From sequence record DRR378314_445: a DNA stretch of 64,000 bases; one strand, written 5' to 3'. The notes under the pieces are model-generated. The model did no database searches and was not told the origin of the DNA. It saw only the letters and a program-made list of their open reading frames with translations. This document shows positions 39,748 to 51,067 of this stretch, one piece after another. Each line of letters opens with the position of its first letter. The stretch's first letter is position 1. The position numbers were made by a program, and so were the translations under genes.

Positions 39748-41748
39748 TTAGACTCTGAAACTCTTAATTGAGTCCTGGAGCTCATCGGCCAGTTTAGCGA
39801 CTTCGTTAGACGCTTGAGCTGTTTGTTTGGAACCAGAAGCCGTTTGTTCGGCAATGGAAACAATAGACTCAAGACGCTCGCTGATATCCTGCGCAGTACT
39901 GCTTTGCTCTTTCGCTGCATTAGCAATATGGTTACTGCTGTCAGACGCCTGATGCACTGACTCAGTAATAGATTGAAGTGCCTGAGCTGCTTCATCGGAC
40001 TGCTGCACACTGAGTTCAGCTTGCTCGCGGCCTTTATTCATAACGGTAACCGCTCGCTGAGAGTCATTCTGCAGATTCTCAATCATGTCCTGAATTTCTT
40101 CAGTGGACTCTTGAGTACGGCTGGCCAGAGTACGAACCTCATCAGCAACAACCGCAAATCCGCGACCTTGCTCACCGGCACGTGCCGCTTCAATGGCCGC
40201 GTTCAGTGCAAGCAAGTTGGTCTGGTCGGCAATACCGCGAATAACATCCAGAATGCCACCAATGTTTTTGCTGTTTTCTGACAACTGATCGATAACTTCC
40301 GAGGCGCCTTTAATTTCACTAGCCAAGCCTTCGATAGTCGCACGGTTTTTGTCTGAAATTTGACGAACACGTTTGGCTTCATCATCAGAGTGCTGAATTT
40401 CGCGTAAGGCCTGTTCTGCACCGTCGGCCATTTCGCTGGCCGTACTGTTCATTTCCTGAGTGGCCGTGGCTACTTGCTCAATCTGACGGCGTTGTTCGTC
40501 AATGGCGTTAGTTGTCTCGTCAGAAACATTGGAAGATTGCTCCGCGGCCGTAGCCAGCTGAGTGGCGCGGTTCGCAATACCTTCAATAAGTTTACGTAAA
40601 TTACCGGTCAGTTTATTGGTGTTTGAGGCGAGCTCACCAAATTCGTCCTGAGCGTTATAGTCAACACGTTCGGTTAAGTTACCATCCGCCATAATGTTCA
40701 GCATGTGGTTAACGCGTGATAATGGACGGCTGATGCTACGTACGGTGTACCATGAAATAAGCACAGCCAGAGCAATAGAAATAATGGTGATGATACTATT
40801 GAGCCAGCTACTGGTAGAGATAGAGTCTGTTACTGAAACACGAGTGCCGTCTGCTATTCCACGAACCGCAGTTTGCAGGCTGTCAGCATCAGACATCAGT
40901 TTATTCAGTTGAATTTCTGATTTATCCAGAGAGTCTTCAGAATCTAAACGCAGCTGTTGGCGGCGAATGACATTGTCCGGATAGGAACCTGCGCCCTGAA
41001 GGCTGTCGAGTGCGTCACGAACTGTTCCAATCGCGTCATCAACCATGGCTTCTGTGCCACCAGTTGCCTCGTTGTCTAAAGCTTCAAGACGAGGGCGGAT
41101 ACTGTCAATATTAATATCGATTTCACTGCGAATGATTTGAGCGCTGTCTAATTTATTAGCTTTGTTCAAGTCATACATTAAGGTGATAAGGCTGGACAGT
41201 GATGACTCAATATTACTGGCTTCACGAGAGATGACTTCGTTGTTAGAGGCATCCATGGTATCCAGTAGCATAATAGCCGCATCATCGATATTGAATGCAA
41301 TTTCATCTAACTGAGAGGCGGTAACATTTTGTAGTTGCAGATACTCGCTGTGCTGATTGAACAAAAGCTCGATCAGATTGACGTATTGGCGCGAGTCTTT
41401 TTCCAAAGCGCTAATTTCGTCGCTTTGACCGTTACCCTGAATAAGTTCTTTAAGTTTATCAAGAGAGGCAAAAAGCAATTTGTTCGATTCATTGAATTCT
41501 TTTTTGTGGGCTTCTACCTGTTCTAAACTTTCATCATAAAAAGTTTCTAACTGAACTGTACCCAGCTCGAGAATATCGACTTTAATAGCCGAGACTTGAT
41601 TCAGTGCCGGAACCGCCTCATCGTTGAGTTTATCAACTGACGAACCTATGCTGTTGATATTAAACAACGAGCTTAAGCTAATGATGAGTAACAGCAAAGT
41701 AATGATGGCAAAACCACCGATAACTCGCATGGCAACAGTAATTTTCAT
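39748..41748 (-). CDS. Methyl-accepting chemotaxis protein
   Basis: Two TMs flank a long periplasmic domain; HAMP region (DEFGELA); signalling tip [34 protein letters not shown]. Confidence 0.97.
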   Translation of the reverse strand: MKITVAMRVIGGFAIITLLLLIISLSSLFNINSIGSSVDKLNDEAVPALNQVSAIKVDILELGTVQLETFYDESLEQVEAHKKEFNESNKLLFASLDKLKELIQGNGQSDEISALEKDSRQYVNLIELLFNQHSEYLQLQNVTASQLDEIAFNIDDAAIMLLDTMDASNNEVISREASNIESSLSSLITLMYDLNKANKLDSAQIIRSEIDINIDSIRPRLEALDNEATGGTEAMVDDAIGTVRDALDSLQGAGSYPDNVIRRQQLRLDSEDSLDKSEIQLNKLMSDADSLQTAVRGIADGTRVSVTDSISTSSWLNSIITIISIALAVLISWYTVRSISRPLSRVNHMLNIMADGNLTERVDYNAQDEFGELASNTNKLTGNLRKLIEGIANRATQLATAAEQSSNVSDETTNAIDEQRRQIEQVATATQEMNSTASEMADGAEQALREIQHSDDEAKRVRQISDKNRATIEGLASEIKGASEVIDQLSENSKNIGGILDVIRGIADQTNLLALNAAIEAARAGEQGRGFAVVADEVRTLASRTQESTEEIQDMIENLQNDSQRAVTVMNKGREQAELSVQQSDEAAQALQSITESVHQASDSSNHIANAAKEQSSTAQDISERLESIVSIAEQTASGSKQTAQASNEVAKLADELQDSIKSFRV

Positions 41749-41781
41749 GAAACTTTCCTCAGCACTGCATAATTATTATTG

Positions 41782-42600
41782 TCACTTTCCGGTCAAAGCC
41801 GGTTCATGAAAGAAGGTTTTATTCTCAACGCTATATAACGTCATATACTGACCCCAGACACAGCCAGTATCCAGCGCTATCACATCCTGACGCCGGGTTT
41901 CGCCCATTAGCGCAGCCCAATGCCCGAATAATACTCGATTCTCGGATTCTGACCAAAAGTTAAACCATGGCTTATACGAATCCTGCGATGAACGTTCATA
42001 TGGATTATCTTTTTGGGAAAAATCCAGTTCACCTTCCGGATTACAGTAACGCATTCGGGTAAACGCGTTCACTATAAAACGGTATCGGTCAAAACCTTGC
42101 AGACTTGAGTCCCATTTTTCCGGCGAGTTGCCAAATAACTGCTGCATAAAGTTTTTAAACTCATTGCCAGTAAGAACTTTTGTCACTTCCTGTGCGTATT
42201 GACTGGCTTGTTTGAGTGTCCACCATGGGTAAATACCAGCGTGAGTTATTACCGTATTGTGCTCTTCTAGCTGATGCATCAAAGGTTGGTGACGCAACCA
42301 CTCTAACCAGTCATAGCGATCACTGTCTTCTAATAACGCATTGAGTTTGTCTTTTGGGTTAGGCTGCCGATAACCCAGCAACACTGCCATTAAGTTTAAA
42401 TCGTGATTACCTAATACGCTGTGTACCGAGTTACTGTTTTCATAGAAAAAACGCAACGCATCGCGCGAACTGGGGCCGCGCGCGACAATATCACCTACAC
42501 ACCATAAAGAGTCGTTTGCAGGGTTAAAACTGACTTGGGTAAGCAGAGCTTCAAGTTCGCGGAAGCAACCCTGGATATCACCGACAACGTAATTGCTCAT
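41782..42600 (-). CDS. apaH: Symmetrical bis(5'-nucleosyl)-tetraphosphatase
   Basis: GDIQGC, GDIVARGP, LGNHD, FTRMR, FGHWAAL and LDTGCVWG. Confidence 0.97.
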   Translation of the reverse strand: MSNYVVGDIQGCFRELEALLTQVSFNPANDSLWCVGDIVARGPSSRDALRFFYENSNSVHSVLGNHDLNLMAVLLGYRQPNPKDKLNALLEDSDRYDWLEWLRHQPLMHQLEEHNTVITHAGIYPWWTLKQASQYAQEVTKVLTGNEFKNFMQQLFGNSPEKWDSSLQGFDRYRFIVNAFTRMRYCNPEGELDFSQKDNPYERSSQDSYKPWFNFWSESENRVLFGHWAALMGETRRQDVIALDTGCVWGQYMTLYSVENKTFFHEPALTGK

Positions 42601-42602
42601 AA

Positions 42603-42977
42603 TTAATGAATAATATTAGGGATGGCCAGCCGGAACGAAGGAATAGGTGCTTTAAACTGCGAGCCCTGTTCATCTATCATTAGGTAATGCCCTTCCATAG
42701 TGCCTATAGGCGTAGCCAGAACGGTACCGCTGGTATAACTGAATGATTCACCGGCAGCCAGTTTAGGTTGTTGTCCCACAACGCCATCTCCAGCCACTCG
42801 GGTTATTTTACTGTCAGCGTCGGTAATGCGCCATTCGCGGGCAAGCAACTGCACTAACTGGCTGGACTCATTGGTTATGGTTATGGTGTAAGAAAACACA
42901 TATTGTCCGGCATCAGGGTTTGACTGCGCCGCTAAATATTGCGTTTTTACATCAATTTCAATTTTACTGACTGTCAT
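42603..42977 (-). CDS. apaG: ApaG protein
   Basis: [18 protein letters not shown] and YTSG. Confidence 0.96.
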   Translation of the reverse strand: MTVSKIEIDVKTQYLAAQSNPDAGQYVFSYTITITNESSQLVQLLAREWRITDADSKITRVAGDGVVGQQPKLAAGESFSYTSGTVLATPIGTMEGHYLMIDEQGSQFKAPIPSFRLAIPNIIH

Positions 42978-43830
42978 TCTTTTCCGCTTGTTTTGTGAGC
43001 GAGTGTTCAGTGAGCCAGTCGGATATCCTGCAGTAATCGTCTACAGAGAGCGTCTCCGGCCTTGCGCCCGGGTCAATACCAAGGGCTTCCAGCTGCTCTG
43101 CTGGAACCAACTGTTTAAGGTTGTTTCTTATTGTTTTACGGCGTTGGTTAAACGCTGTCAAACATAAGCTATGCAGTTGCGCTTTATCTTTAACTGGGTG
43201 AGGGCTTTCGGCATAGGGTTCTAACCGAACCACCGATGATTCTACTTTCGGTGGCGGCGTAAACGCCGATGGCGGGACAGCAACCACCGGAGTGACTTTA
43301 CAGGCTTGCTGTACACCGACGCTGATTCTGCCATAACTTTTTGAGCCGGGCTCTGCCGCTAAGCGATCAACCACTTCTTTTTGCAGCATAAAGTGCATAT
43401 CTTTTACATCATCGGCAAACTTCAGCAGATGAAAGATAAGCGGCGTGGAGATGTTATAGGGCAGATTACCGAACACTCGTGCCGGGCTCTCTTTGGCAAA
43501 CTGACTAAAATCTACGCTTAGCGCATCGGCTTGAATCACTTCCAGTTTTGAACTTAAAAAAGGGTGATGTTGAAGCCTTTCAACTAAGTCACGGTCAATT
43601 TCGATAACTTTTAAATGGCCACTGCGATCTACTGTCGGCTCAGTTAGTGCTGCTAACCCCGGGCCAATTTCTATTAGGTTTTCACCGGGCAAAGGGTTAA
43701 TGGCATCAACAATCTGCTCAATAATATAGTCGTCATTCAGGAAGTTCTGGCCAAACCGTTTACGTGCCCGGTGGCCCAAGTGGGTTTTACTTCCGCCCTG
43801 GTGTTTATTCCCACCTTGGTTTTTACTCAT
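42964..43830 (-). CDS. rsmA: 16S rRNA m6,2A dimethyltransferase
   Basis: [29 protein letters not shown] and PPPKVES. Confidence 0.98.
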   Translation of the reverse strand: MSKNQGGNKHQGGSKTHLGHRARKRFGQNFLNDDYIIEQIVDAINPLPGENLIEIGPGLAALTEPTVDRSGHLKVIEIDRDLVERLQHHPFLSSKLEVIQADALSVDFSQFAKESPARVFGNLPYNISTPLIFHLLKFADDVKDMHFMLQKEVVDRLAAEPGSKSYGRISVGVQQACKVTPVVAVPPSAFTPPPKVESSVVRLEPYAESPHPVKDKAQLHSLCLTAFNQRRKTIRNNLKQLVPAEQLEALGIDPGARPETLSVDDYCRISDWLTEHSLTKQAEKNDSQ

Positions 43831-44815
43831 AATACGCTGCTCTTGCCATATCTATAGCGGTCTGCATTGCCAGGCGGCAACTACCGTCGCTAATCTTGCC
43901 AGACCCGGCCAGCTCAAGTGCTGTACCGTGATCAACAGAAGTCCGGATATAAGGTAACCCGAGTGTAATGTTTACGGCCTGCCCGAAACCTTTATATTTT
44001 AGCACCGGAAGACCCTGATCGTGATACATAGCAACTACCGCACTGGCATCTTCAAGGTACTTTGGCTGAAAAATGGTATCTGCGGGATACGGGCCGTGCA
44101 AGTTCATGCCTTGCTTTTTAAGTTGTTCCAGAACCGGAATAATAATGTCTATTTCTTCCCTGCCTAAATGTCCCGACTCTCCCGCATGAGGGTTTAATCC
44201 GCAAACCAATATTTTGGGCGACGACTCGCCGAATTTCTTAGTCAGGTCGTTATGCAGTATGGTAATAATGTTGGTCAGACGCTCCGCGGTAACGGCTTTT
44301 GCCACATAGGCCAGTGGAATGTGAGTCGTAACCAGCGCCACACGCAGGCCTTCTGTAGCCAACATCATAACGACATCATTGCAGTTCGCTTCATGAGCTA
44401 AAAATTCAGTGTGTCCTGAAAACGCCACGCCGGCTTGATTAATCACACCTTTGTGTACAGGGCCGGTAACAATGGCATCGAACTCGCCTGAGAGATTACC
44501 GTCAGAGGCTCTTTTTAAGCAATCAACCACATAATGACCGTTGGCTGTACATAACTCGCCAGGAGTCACGTCTTCGCACACTGGAATATGTTCTACCCAA
44601 AGGTGTCCGGGTTCATGTTGCGGCAGTTCTTCACCTTTTCTATACCTGTGCAAGGTAATAGGAAGGTTCAATTGCTCGGCGCGTTGTTTTAGTAAATTTT
44701 TATCTGCACAGACAACGACAGCAGCCGACCAGGGCTGCTGCGCTATTTTTATAATTAAGTCCGGGCCAATACCTGCCGGCTCACCCGGTGTAAATACAAG
44801 AGTTGGTATACTCAC
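43823..44815 (-). CDS. pdxA: 4-hydroxythreonine-4-phosphate dehydrogenase
   Basis: [28 protein letters not shown] and RTSVDHGTA. Confidence 0.97.
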   Translation of the reverse strand: MSIPTLVFTPGEPAGIGPDLIIKIAQQPWSAAVVVCADKNLLKQRAEQLNLPITLHRYRKGEELPQHEPGHLWVEHIPVCEDVTPGELCTANGHYVVDCLKRASDGNLSGEFDAIVTGPVHKGVINQAGVAFSGHTEFLAHEANCNDVVMMLATEGLRVALVTTHIPLAYVAKAVTAERLTNIITILHNDLTKKFGESSPKILVCGLNPHAGESGHLGREEIDIIIPVLEQLKKQGMNLHGPYPADTIFQPKYLEDASAVVAMYHDQGLPVLKYKGFGQAVNITLGLPYIRTSVDHGTALELAGSGKISDGSCRLAMQTAIDMARAAYYE

Positions 44816-46110
44816 TCAGCAACTCTTCTGATAAACGCCTGGTCGCGAATTTCTTGCTGCCAGTTATCAAGCTCTTCGCGGAATTTACGGCTAAACAGCA
44901 TTTGGTATGCGCGTTCTTGCTTGTTTTCTTCAGTGGCATCCAGAGTTCTGCGACCGGTAACTTCTACAATGTGCCAGCCAAACTGAGTGCTGAAAGATTC
45001 ACTTATTGTGTCTTGTTCAATGCTTTCTACTTTTTGCTTGAATTCCGGTGCGTATTTATTTGGACGAGCCCAGCCCAAATCGCCGCCACGAGAGGCCGAG
45101 CCAGGGTCAGCTGAGTGTTCACGTGCAAGTTCAGCAAAAGTCTTTTCGCCACTGGCAATTTGCTCACGGTATTTATTGAGCATCTCTTTCGCTTTGTTGT
45201 CTGACAAAATAACGGAAGGCTTGATTAAAATATGACGTGCTTTAACTTCCTGTACTTCGACCGTTTGCTCTCCGCGCTTGTCCTGTACTTTCAAAATATG
45301 AAAGCCGATACCACTTCGGATTGGGCCGACAACGTCTCCTACAGACTTCCCATCTACCGCTTCCGCAAACAAGGTCGGCATGCCATTAACTGTCATCCAG
45401 CCCAGGTCACCGCCATCCAATGCCGCAGAACCGGAGGAGGAACGTACCGCCAAATCAGCAAAGTCACTACCTTTGTCCAGTAAATTCAAAACTGTGTTGG
45501 CACGCTCTTTGGCTTTTTCAAGTTCGGCTTGTGATGAGTTTGAGTCAGCGGAAATCAGAATTTGAGCCAAACGATACTCTGTCTGAACTTCCTGGTTGCT
45601 CTCTATGAGTTTCACCAGGTTATTAATTTCTTGCGGTGTGATAGAAACGCGTTGCTGTACAGCTGCTCGTTGAACTTGCTGGATAACCAATTCGTTACGA
45701 ATATTCTCTCGGTAGGCTGCCCAGCTCATACCACTACTGACCATGTTTTCCCGAAGCTCAGCTGTTGTAAGGTCTTGGTTATTTGCTATTTCGTTGATGG
45801 CTTGCTCTAACTGGTTGTCGTCAATCTCGATACCCATGCGGTTAGCCATTTGCAACTGAATTTCCTGCAGAATCAGGCGTTCTATAGCCTGAGTTTCCAG
45901 AACTTCGTCTGAAGGCGCGTTACTCGAGTTGAAGTTCTGACCGTTCTTAACTTGTTGGATAAGTTGGTCAATCTGGCTTTGCAGCACTACGCCGTCATCG
46001 ACTACGACGACAACGCGATCCAGTATTTGCTGAGCCTGAACGGTGTTATTCAGCAAAAAAGACGATGCAATCAGCACAGCTGCTGAACAAAACGATGCAA
46101 TTTTTTTCAT
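44812..46110 (-). CDS. surA: Periplasmic chaperone/PPIase SurA
   Basis: Signal peptide, LDRVVVVV and two parvulin domains (GGDLGW twice, GWHI); alternative GTG start at 46122. Confidence 0.96.
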   Translation of the reverse strand: MKKIASFCSAAVLIASSFLLNNTVQAQQILDRVVVVVDDGVVLQSQIDQLIQQVKNGQNFNSSNAPSDEVLETQAIERLILQEIQLQMANRMGIEIDDNQLEQAINEIANNQDLTTAELRENMVSSGMSWAAYRENIRNELVIQQVQRAAVQQRVSITPQEINNLVKLIESNQEVQTEYRLAQILISADSNSSQAELEKAKERANTVLNLLDKGSDFADLAVRSSSGSAALDGGDLGWMTVNGMPTLFAEAVDGKSVGDVVGPIRSGIGFHILKVQDKRGEQTVEVQEVKARHILIKPSVILSDNKAKEMLNKYREQIASGEKTFAELAREHSADPGSASRGGDLGWARPNKYAPEFKQKVESIEQDTISESFSTQFGWHIVEVTGRRTLDATEENKQERAYQMLFSRKFREELDNWQQEIRDQAFIRRVAE

Positions 46111-46121
46111 TATACCTACCA

Positions 46122-48395
46122 CTAGTTACTGAGATAAAAAGGACGGCGGTAACCGTACGTACTTTTCTCAAGCATGTTAATTAGACCACTGCTATCAGAA
46201 GCTAAACCGCTGATAATAAATTGTATACTAATGCCATTGTCAAATTGAGTTTCGCCGTTTATCTGAGTCGCACTAAAAGCCGGCTCAAGATCACGGTTTA
46301 TGCGTCTGTACGCGCTAACCCGTATGGCCCAGCAGCAACTGCTGTATTGAATGCCCACCATAGCATCATTTAAACGATCATGTGTGAGATCGTAAAAGAC
46401 ATTTGATGCGACTTGCCAGCGCGAACTTGCTGACCAAACTGCCTGCGTTCCAACTTGTTCAATATCGTTGTTCAGAATGTTGGTTGCGGTGCGATGACTG
46501 ACCTGTATCAAGTTTGATTCATCTTTACGGAACTCTACCGCGGTCTGACTCTTACGGGTGGTGTTAAGTTCCGTATCGTATTGAATTGAGCTGCGTATTG
46601 ACCAGTTCTCATCAACGGCCCAGTTAATGTCGGCAACCCACTCACTGTTACTGGAGGTTGTGGTTTCTTCATCGCTGGCAAACAGTTGCGTACGACTGTC
46701 ATTAATATTGTAAATTTGCCCTATACTGGCTCGCAGCACTTCGCGTTCATTCTGAGTGAATAAGCTGCTGCTGACACCGTACGTTATCTGGTTAGCCTCG
46801 GCGATGCGATCTAACCCCGAAAAACGGCGGCTACGGAACAGCCCGTGGTAATCGTCCTGCAATAAAGAGGTATCATAAATGCCGATGTTCTGTTGGTTTT
46901 CATAGGGCACATACAAATACTGAATTTGCGGCGACAGGGTTTGACGGTACTGGCTGTCACCCAGTTCAATGGCTCGCTCGAGGTGCAAACGGGCTCTTAC
47001 ACGAGCGCGGGGAAGCGCACGTGAAACTTCCTCAGCAATCTTGTTGTCCGGGCTTTCCTGCCAATAGCGCGTATAAAGATAAGAAAGCTCGGCTTCTGTA
47101 TCAAAAGCAGGTTTCTCAAAACGGTACTGAATGCTCGGCTCTATATGTGCCCGGGTCGCGTATTCGCGGGTCTGATCCTGATTCTGAAAATAGGTTAGTT
47201 CGTTGTATAAGCTGGCGCTAAAGCCGGTGAAGTCGCCAGTGTTGTAATTGATACTAAGCTGCGGCAGTGTGCGATAGGGGCTGCGGTAGTCGCCAATAAG
47301 CTCGTAGTCTTCGGTACGTAATTGTGCGGTCCAGTTTTCGTTGTCGTAATCAAGCTGGGCTACGCGATATAAGTGAGTGTCAGCCCGGCCTGCAAAATCA
47401 CTACCAAAGTCATTCAGGTAGTTGTCGTCACTAATTTCGGTCGCATCCAGGTAAAAACTCAAGTCCTGGTTTATTTGCGCCGAATGCTGAACGTGCCAAA
47501 GGTAGCGTTTTTTATTTGCAATGCGAGTGTCGTCATTGCCTAAATATTCTAAATTGAATTGTCCGGCATTTTGCTCAAATAAATAGCGATACTCGCCTTT
47601 CATCATGGTGCCGCGCTCGGACATATAAACCGGAGCTATTGTCGCATCCATATTGGGAGCAATATTAAAGTAGTAGGGAACTTCTACTTCAAAACCACTG
47701 TTTGATGATGAGTCGAACGTGGGGTAGAGCAAACCGGTTTTACGCGCGTCACTCAATGGAAAATTAAAATACGGTAAGTAAAGCACCGGTACATCGAACA
47801 ACTCAAATCGTGCGTGCCAGGCTTCACCGAAGTCGCTGGTTTCATTTATCTGAATACGTTCTGCGCGTAATTGCCAGGCCGGAGTTTCGCCCGGGCAGGT
47901 GGTGAAGCTTGAGTCCTGTAATAAAACTTCCTGCCGGGACAATGAAAGCAACTCTGCGTGGCCACGCGCGTTATGATTTCGCAGGCGGTAATCACTGTTG
48001 TAGAGTTTGGCCTCGTCATCGTTTAAGTCTAGCGATAACGAATCACCCGTAACGCTTAAATAACCGTCATTAAAAGTAATGCCGTCTGAGGCGATAATCT
48101 CACCCCGCTGCTGATCGATAGTGGCTTTTGAAGTTGAAAGCCACTGTCCGTTACGCTGAATGATGACGTTACCGGTAAAATACGCTTTTTCATTGGCCAG
48201 AATTTCGGCGCTACGCGATTCAACACCAATAGTTCCTGCATCGGTTTCCTGCAACTGGACGGCGGTAATCGTACTCTCAGTAGACTGAGGCACGGTGCAA
48301 GTCATGTGTTGTGGTGCGTCTTGATTTTGTAAAGCCGCTAGCGCGCTGCCGGGAAAGGGCAGTAGCATTAGCGAAGTAATAAACCGTTGCAGCAA
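46122..48395 (-). CDS. lptD: LPS assembly protein LptD
   Basis: FTTCP, RKTGLLYP, PYYFNIAPN, DRIAEANQ and YSSCCW; directly upstream of surA; TTG start. Confidence 0.96.
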   Translation of the reverse strand: MLQRFITSLMLLPFPGSALAALQNQDAPQHMTCTVPQSTESTITAVQLQETDAGTIGVESRSAEILANEKAYFTGNVIIQRNGQWLSTSKATIDQQRGEIIASDGITFNDGYLSVTGDSLSLDLNDDEAKLYNSDYRLRNHNARGHAELLSLSRQEVLLQDSSFTTCPGETPAWQLRAERIQINETSDFGEAWHARFELFDVPVLYLPYFNFPLSDARKTGLLYPTFDSSSNSGFEVEVPYYFNIAPNMDATIAPVYMSERGTMMKGEYRYLFEQNAGQFNLEYLGNDDTRIANKKRYLWHVQHSAQINQDLSFYLDATEISDDNYLNDFGSDFAGRADTHLYRVAQLDYDNENWTAQLRTEDYELIGDYRSPYRTLPQLSINYNTGDFTGFSASLYNELTYFQNQDQTREYATRAHIEPSIQYRFEKPAFDTEAELSYLYTRYWQESPDNKIAEEVSRALPRARVRARLHLERAIELGDSQYRQTLSPQIQYLYVPYENQQNIGIYDTSLLQDDYHGLFRSRRFSGLDRIAEANQITYGVSSSLFTQNEREVLRASIGQIYNINDSRTQLFASDEETTTSSNSEWVADINWAVDENWSIRSSIQYDTELNTTRKSQTAVEFRKDESNLIQVSHRTATNILNNDIEQVGTQAVWSASSRWQVASNVFYDLTHDRLNDAMVGIQYSSCCWAIRVSAYRRINRDLEPAFSATQINGETQFDNGISIQFIISGLASDSSGLINMLEKSTYGYRRPFYLSN

Positions 48396-48532
48396 TTTAA
48401 TCTTCCGTCGTTGTTGTTAAATGCATTTATTCTGTTTTGCAGCGCGAGGGTATAATAAAGCAATTTTGTTTGTTTCGCTATTTGGTACACTGCTAGTTTT
48501 AAGGCTTTGCGACAAATTTGGTGGAGGATATT

Positions 48533-49537
48533 TTGGAAGACAAACGAGAAGTGGCTCTGCAGGCTTGGTGTGAAGCCCAGACAGGTGTTTCACAACCAAC
48601 TTTAGAAGTTGTATCCGGTGATGCCAGTTTCCGTCGCTATTTTCGGGCAACTAATGGCCAGGAAAGCCTGATAGCGGTCGACTGTCCTCCCGAAAAAGAA
48701 CCAATGAAGCCTTTTTTGGCCGTTGCACAAGCCTATTCTGAAGCCGGCGTTACTGTGCCAGAGATTATTGCGGCGGATTTAGAACAGGGCTTTATGCTGC
48801 AATCCGATTTTGGTCAGATACTGTTGCTGAGTAAACTGCATCCACGAAATGCCCGGCAATACTACCAGCAGGCACTTACCGCGCTGCCTAACATTATGTC
48901 GGTACGCCGGACTGAGCAGGGTGAGCTGCCCGCTTTCGATACCGCTTTGTTGGAACGTGAACTGTCTTTATTTAAGGACTGGTTATTAAAACATCACCTG
49001 AACTTAGACTGGCATACCGGGGACGATGAAATTTGGAGTCAGTTTAGCCAACAAATGATTGATAACGCATTGCAGCAACCGCAAGTGGGAGTGCATCGGG
49101 ACTTTCATTCACGTAACTTAATGCTGCTGGACGATGACCGTATCGGTATTATCGACTTTCAGGATGCGGTGCTGGGCCCGGTGACCTATGACGCGGTGTC
49201 GTTACTACGCGACTGCTATATTGAGTGGCCAGAAGAATTGGTCAACGAATTGAGTGAAGGGTTAAGGCAACATCTGGTTGAGTCTGACTGCTTAGCGGCG
49301 CAGGTTGAACCACAACAATGGCAACACTGGTTTGACTGGATGGGGCTGCAGCGGCACACCAAAGCGGCAGGTATTTTTGCCCGGTTGGCGCATCGCGATC
49401 ATAAGCCCGGCTATTTACAGGATGTGCCCAGAACCCTGGGGTATTTGCAGCGAGTAAGTGCTAACTATCCGCAGCTTTCAAATTACAACCGCTGGTTGCG
49501 TGAGCGCATTATCCCAGCCTGGAAGGACAGCCTATGA
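48533..49537 (+). CDS. amgK: MurNAc/GlcNAc anomeric kinase (aminoglycoside phosphotransferase fold)
   Basis: GDASFRRYFR, HRDFHSRNLM, IDFQDA...GP..YD..SLLRD and GIFARL; coupled to murU; the TTG at 48533 follows SD GGAGG. Confidence 0.85.
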   Translation: MEDKREVALQAWCEAQTGVSQPTLEVVSGDASFRRYFRATNGQESLIAVDCPPEKEPMKPFLAVAQAYSEAGVTVPEIIAADLEQGFMLQSDFGQILLLSKLHPRNARQYYQQALTALPNIMSVRRTEQGELPAFDTALLERELSLFKDWLLKHHLNLDWHTGDDEIWSQFSQQMIDNALQQPQVGVHRDFHSRNLMLLDDDRIGIIDFQDAVLGPVTYDAVSLLRDCYIEWPEELVNELSEGLRQHLVESDCLAAQVEPQQWQHWFDWMGLQRHTKAAGIFARLAHRDHKPGYLQDVPRTLGYLQRVSANYPQLSNYNRWLRERIIPAWKDSL

Positions 49538-50211
49538 GAGCGATGATTTTAGCTGCCGGACGGGGCAGTAGAATGCGCCCGTTAACGGATAATCAGCCAA
49601 AGCCTTTGTTGCCGGTAGCGGGAAAACCCTTGTTGGGTTATCACCTGGAAAAGCTGGCAAATGCAGGTGTTAATGAAGTGGTTATTAATCATGCCTGGCA
49701 TGGTGAGCAAATTGAAGATTTTGTCGGTGACGGCAGCCAGTGGGGTCTGCAGGTTTCATTCTCTGCGGAACCTGAGGGTGGACTTGAGACTGCAGGGGGT
49801 ATTATTAAAGCCTTGCCACTGCTCGGAGATGACCCGTTTTGGGTTATTAATGGTGATATCTGGACAGACTGGGATTACCGGGATTTACCAACGGACCTGG
49901 AAAAAGGGCTGCTGGGACATTTAATTATGGTGGATAATCCGATTCATCATTCAAATGGTGACTTTGCTATTGAAAATGGATTGTTGGTTAATGGGGAAAA
50001 TGAGAATGATGCCCGTAAAACCTTTTCCGGTGTTGGTCTGTATCGCAAAGAACTGCTGGCGCCATACCCTGAGGGGAAACAGCCATTAAAGCCTTTTTTC
50101 GACAGGGGAATTAATAAGAAGCAACTGGCAGCAAGCCATCAGGATGGATTTTGGACAGACGTAGGTACACCGGAACGCCTGCATCAAGTTAACCAGCGGC
50201 TGGAGAAATAA
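49534..50211 (+). CDS. murU: MurNAc-alpha-1-phosphate uridylyltransferase
   Basis: MRAMILAAGRGSRMRPLTD..PKPLL, LETAGGI, NGD and WTDVGTPERL. Confidence 0.9.
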   Translation: MRAMILAAGRGSRMRPLTDNQPKPLLPVAGKPLLGYHLEKLANAGVNEVVINHAWHGEQIEDFVGDGSQWGLQVSFSAEPEGGLETAGGIIKALPLLGDDPFWVINGDIWTDWDYRDLPTDLEKGLLGHLIMVDNPIHHSNGDFAIENGLLVNGENENDARKTFSGVGLYRKELLAPYPEGKQPLKPFFDRGINKKQLAASHQDGFWTDVGTPERLHQVNQRLEK

Positions 50212-50212
50212 C

Positions 50213-51043
50213 ATGGTTTGGGGAAAGGTAGTCGGCGCACTGGCTGGCTTTGCGTTTATGAAATGGCCGGGTGCTATTCTGGGGGCGCTCATTGGTCACT
50301 GGTTTGATCGGGGAATGGCTCAGGACTTTTCCCAAAAAGGCGCCTGGGGGCGTTTTTTGTATGGGGCAGAGCAAGCCGCCGGGGACGCTAATTTTATTTA
50401 CACACTGTTCGCAGTAATGGGCCACGTTGCTAAGGCAAAAGGTAAAGTCACCACTAGCGATATTTCTCAGGCTCAGGAGCTAATGCGTCGTTTGAATTTA
50501 AATCAGGACGCGACCCGCGAAGCACAGGAAGCCTTTCGCGAAGGTAAAGAACCGACGTTTCCTCTGCAACAAGTCATGAAGGATTTTAGTGCCTCCTTTT
50601 ACGGTAACCGCGATGTTCTACAGCTTTTTATGGAGCAGCTGATTGGTCTGGCGTTAAATGACGGTGTGTTGGAAAAGTCAGAGCATGAAGTTTTGGTTAA
50701 CGTGGCTAAGCACCTTGGGTTTACTCGTTTTCAGCTGGATCAGTGGTTGATGATGGAAAAAGCGGCTTTTCGTTTTCATCAGCATCGTCGGCAGCAGCAT
50801 CATCAACAGCGAAAAACCACCAGCCAGGATGAAATAAATAACGCTTATGAAGTGCTTGGCGTAACAGCTCAAAACAGTAACGCCGAAATTAAGAAAGCGT
50901 ATCGTAAATTAATGGCTCGGCATCATCCGGACAAGCTGGCTTCTAAGGGGTTACCGGAAGAAGTAATGAAGCAGGCTCAACAACGTGCTCAGGACATTCA
51001 GGCGGCTTATGAGAAGATCAAAGAAAAGCGCGGCATTCGTTAA
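50213..51043 (+). CDS. djlA: Membrane-anchored DnaJ-like co-chaperone
   Basis: N-terminal WGK plus TM, TerB-like middle (GHVAKAKG) and C-terminal J domain with HHPDKL. Confidence 0.96.
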   Translation: MVWGKVVGALAGFAFMKWPGAILGALIGHWFDRGMAQDFSQKGAWGRFLYGAEQAAGDANFIYTLFAVMGHVAKAKGKVTTSDISQAQELMRRLNLNQDATREAQEAFREGKEPTFPLQQVMKDFSASFYGNRDVLQLFMEQLIGLALNDGVLEKSEHEVLVNVAKHLGFTRFQLDQWLMMEKAAFRFHQHRRQQHHQQRKTTSQDEINNAYEVLGVTAQNSNAEIKKAYRKLMARHHPDKLASKGLPEEVMKQAQQRAQDIQAAYEKIKEKRGIR

Positions 51044-51067
51044 AAAAGGGCGTTAAAACTGGAAAGG

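Noticed and set aside
41764..41782. Fur-like sequence upstream of the MCP gene
   Set aside because: About 12 of 19 matches in an AT-rich gap, which is compatible with chance.
48533..49537. Aminoglycoside resistance kinase
   Set aside because: Coupling to murU and the position next to lptD identify it as AmgK-type.
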